From an uncultured bacterium (GTDB lineage: Bacteria > SAR324 > NAC60-12): a DNA stretch of 18,015 bases. Numbering within the stretch: position 1 is the first letter of the stretch; each line of letters starts with the position of its first letter. Of the stretch, positions 16,091 through 18,015 are shown piece after piece. The notes beneath the pieces were generated by a model. The model was not told where the DNA came from. It ran no database searches and was given only the letters and a program-made list of their open reading frames with translations. Location of the stretch: NCBI GenBank assembly GCA_965662235.1, contig CBFIGY010000046.1:1-18015 (forward strand), read 5' to 3'. Both the position numbers and the translations under genes were made by a program.

Positions 16091-17140
16091 TCAGGCAGGG
16101 GCGTGCAGGCGTTTCTGAAAGCGGTAGTGAGAGACCAGCCACTCGTTCCCTCCCCGGAAGCCCCAGACCTCTGAGGTGGCAAGAAAGAACATCCGCCAGC
16201 GGTTGAACCAGACCTCTGCCTCTGCGCCATAGGTCTCTTCCAGCACCGGAAGCAGGGTGTCCCGCTCGGCATCCATGTTGGCCAGCCAGGCGTCAGCGGT
16301 TTTGTGGTAGTGCGTTCCGGGCAGCGACCACGCCTCTTCCAGAATCAGGTGCTGCTGAAAGAGGTAGGGCAGCTCATGAGACGGCATGATCCCTCCGGTG
16401 AAGAAGTACTTCCCCATCCAGTTGTCCTCCCCTTCGGTCTCAAACGCATAGGCGTGGGTCCGGTGGGTGAAGATGTGGAAGAAGAACTTCCCTTCGTCCG
16501 TGAGCCACTGGGCGACCCGTTTGAGGAGTTCCGACCAGTTGCGCATGTGCTCAAACATCTCCACAGAGACCACCCGGTCAAAGGTGGTTCCCGGCTCAAA
16601 GTCGTTCATGTCCTGGGTGATGACCGTGACATTCGTCAGCCCCCGTTCCTGCATCCGGGCCTCAATGAAGGCTCGCTGCGGGGCCGAGTTGGAAACAGCG
16701 GTGATCTGACTGTTCGGGTAGTGCTCTGCCATCCAGAGGGTCAGGGACCCCCAGCCGCAGCCCAGCTCCAGCACCGTCTGTCCATCGGCCAGCTCTGCCC
16801 GCTCACACGTCACTCCGAGCATGGAGGCTTCAGCGGCCTCCAGCGTGTTCAGTCCTGGAGGAAAGTGACAGCAGCTGTACTTAAGGTGAGGGCCCAGGAC
16901 CTTCACAAAGAACTCCGGGGGCAGCTCGTAGTGCTGCTCATTCGCCTTGTCGGTGTGGAGGGCAATGGGGGTGGTGCCCATCTGCTGAGAAAACTCCCAC
17001 AGCTTGCGCTTCTGGGCCGCCGTGCTGGGAGAACGTTCCTCCCAGAGGCGCTGCCAGCAGAAGCCGCGGATGCCGGCACGGGTCAGCGGGTCCGGAATCT
17101 TTCCGTGCTCCACCAGGTCAATCAGTTTGGCAAGAATCAT
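16091..17140 (-). CDS. SAM-dependent methyltransferase, cyclopropane-fatty-acyl-phospholipid synthase (CMAS)-like family, 349 aa
   Basis: ANEQHYELPPEFF, LGPHLKYSCC, SAM motif VLELGCGWGSL, FDRVVSVEMFEHMRN, FFTGGIMPS, RWRMFFLA. Confidence 0.92.
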   Translation of the reverse strand: MILAKLIDLVEHGKIPDPLTRAGIRGFCWQRLWEERSPSTAAQKRKLWEFSQQMGTTPIALHTDKANEQHYELPPEFFVKVLGPHLKYSCCHFPPGLNTLEAAEASMLGVTCERAELADGQTVLELGCGWGSLTLWMAEHYPNSQITAVSNSAPQRAFIEARMQERGLTNVTVITQDMNDFEPGTTFDRVVSVEMFEHMRNWSELLKRVAQWLTDEGKFFFHIFTHRTHAYAFETEGEDNWMGKYFFTGGIMPSHELPYLFQQHLILEEAWSLPGTHYHKTADAWLANMDAERDTLLPVLEETYGAEAEVWFNRWRMFFLATSEVWGFRGGNEWLVSHYRFQKRLHAPA

Positions 17141-17179
17141 AAGGTCGCGGGATCAGTTAAGGTTGTCAATGAGGAACAC

Positions 17180-17887
17180 TCAGCCCAAAACGAGTGCGGC
17201 CAGCAGTCCAATCAGGCCTCCGAAGAAGCCCCCCCAGACCACCAGCCAGCCGAGGTGCTCCCGGATCATGTCTTCCACAATCTCTTTCACCAGCTCCGGC
17301 GTCAGCTCGTCCAGACGCGCAGCCACAATCTGATCCACCCGTTCCAGCAGGTGGCTGTGGCTCAGGTGCTGCTGCAACGCGTCCTGCAGCTCCTCCTTTT
17401 GCGCCACCTGCACCAGGTGGGCTCGCATCTTCTCCAAAAACGGCTCCTTGAGGGGCTCAAGCGCCTGACGGCCTCCCACCATCGCCAGCATTGGACCAAA
17501 GGACGATCCCTCAATCACGCCCACCAGCGACTCAAAGGCGTCTTCCAAATCCAGGTGCTCCAGCAGCCCCTCCAGCGGGGGCGGTCCGGCGTCCTGAAGA
17601 AAACGCTCTAGGTTCTCCTCGGTGAAGAACTGCCGCATCACCAGATCGTGAATGCCCCGCTTGAAGTCCTCAAAGTGCAGCGGAATCACCCCGGTTCCGT
17701 AAAGCCCCGGAATGCGCTCAAAGAGCATGGTGATCGCCAACCAGTTGGTGAGGGCACCGGAGAGGGCAAACAGCCCCGTGTTCAAAAAGGCCCCCCGCCA
17801 GGGCTCCTCCAGCAGCAGCCCCGTCAGGGCCACCAGCGCGGCCAGGAAATTGGTCCCAAACCGCTTATTCCAAATGAAGTCTGACAC
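17180..17887 (-). CDS. DUF445 family membrane protein, 235 aa
   Basis: GLFALSGALTNWLAITMLFERIPGLYGTGVIP near the N-terminus and MIREHLGWLVVWGGFFGGLIG at the C-terminus. GTG start. Confidence 0.88.
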   Translation of the reverse strand: MSDFIWNKRFGTNFLAALVALTGLLLEEPWRGAFLNTGLFALSGALTNWLAITMLFERIPGLYGTGVIPLHFEDFKRGIHDLVMRQFFTEENLERFLQDAGPPPLEGLLEHLDLEDAFESLVGVIEGSSFGPMLAMVGGRQALEPLKEPFLEKMRAHLVQVAQKEELQDALQQHLSHSHLLERVDQIVAARLDELTPELVKEIVEDMIREHLGWLVVWGGFFGGLIGLLAALVLG

Positions 17888-18015
17888 AAGCGTGATCGGT
17901 CAAGAGAAGAAGCATGAGGAAACAGTCATCTTGCCAAAGTACCGAATTTTCCAAAAAGGAACAAACGGAAAGGCCACTCCTCCGCCTCTGCTCAGGACCC
18001 GAATCCCTCTATTCA

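Noticed and set aside
2467..17611. Long antisense ORFs (2467-3315, 4792-5733, 6332-7741, 10483-11340, 11151-12074, 12632-13918, 16304-17611)
   Set aside because: They overlap well-supported genes and carry no recognisable motifs; such shadow ORFs are expected from high-GC codon bias.

Overview
A gene-dense, GC-rich bacterial chromosomal segment with 14 well-supported protein-coding genes. I found no rRNA, tRNA, CRISPR array or mobile element. Gene order: Atm1-type ABC exporter (-), divergent corA and DUF924 (+); a structured ~390-bp intergenic region; cryptochrome DASH (-); a probable three-gene operon (+) of a membrane-anchored P-loop GTPase, a lipoprotein with a helical/TPR-like region and an intact CHAT (caspase-like) protease domain, and an alpha/beta hydrolase; methylcrotonyl-CoA carboxylase beta subunit plus a class I/II aminotransferase (-); agmatine deiminase (+); and a probable four-gene operon (-) of DUF445, a CFA-synthase-like methyltransferase, a PaaI thioesterase and a NUDT5-like Nudix hydrolase. 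The best candidate for an undescribed system is the GTPase / exported CHAT-protease lipoprotein / hydrolase operon (5885-10838). The second most interesting region is 3903-4293, with an extreme AT block, a XerD-arm-like motif, direct repeats and two identically spaced inverted repeats. All calls come from motif recognition by eye; no searches were run.
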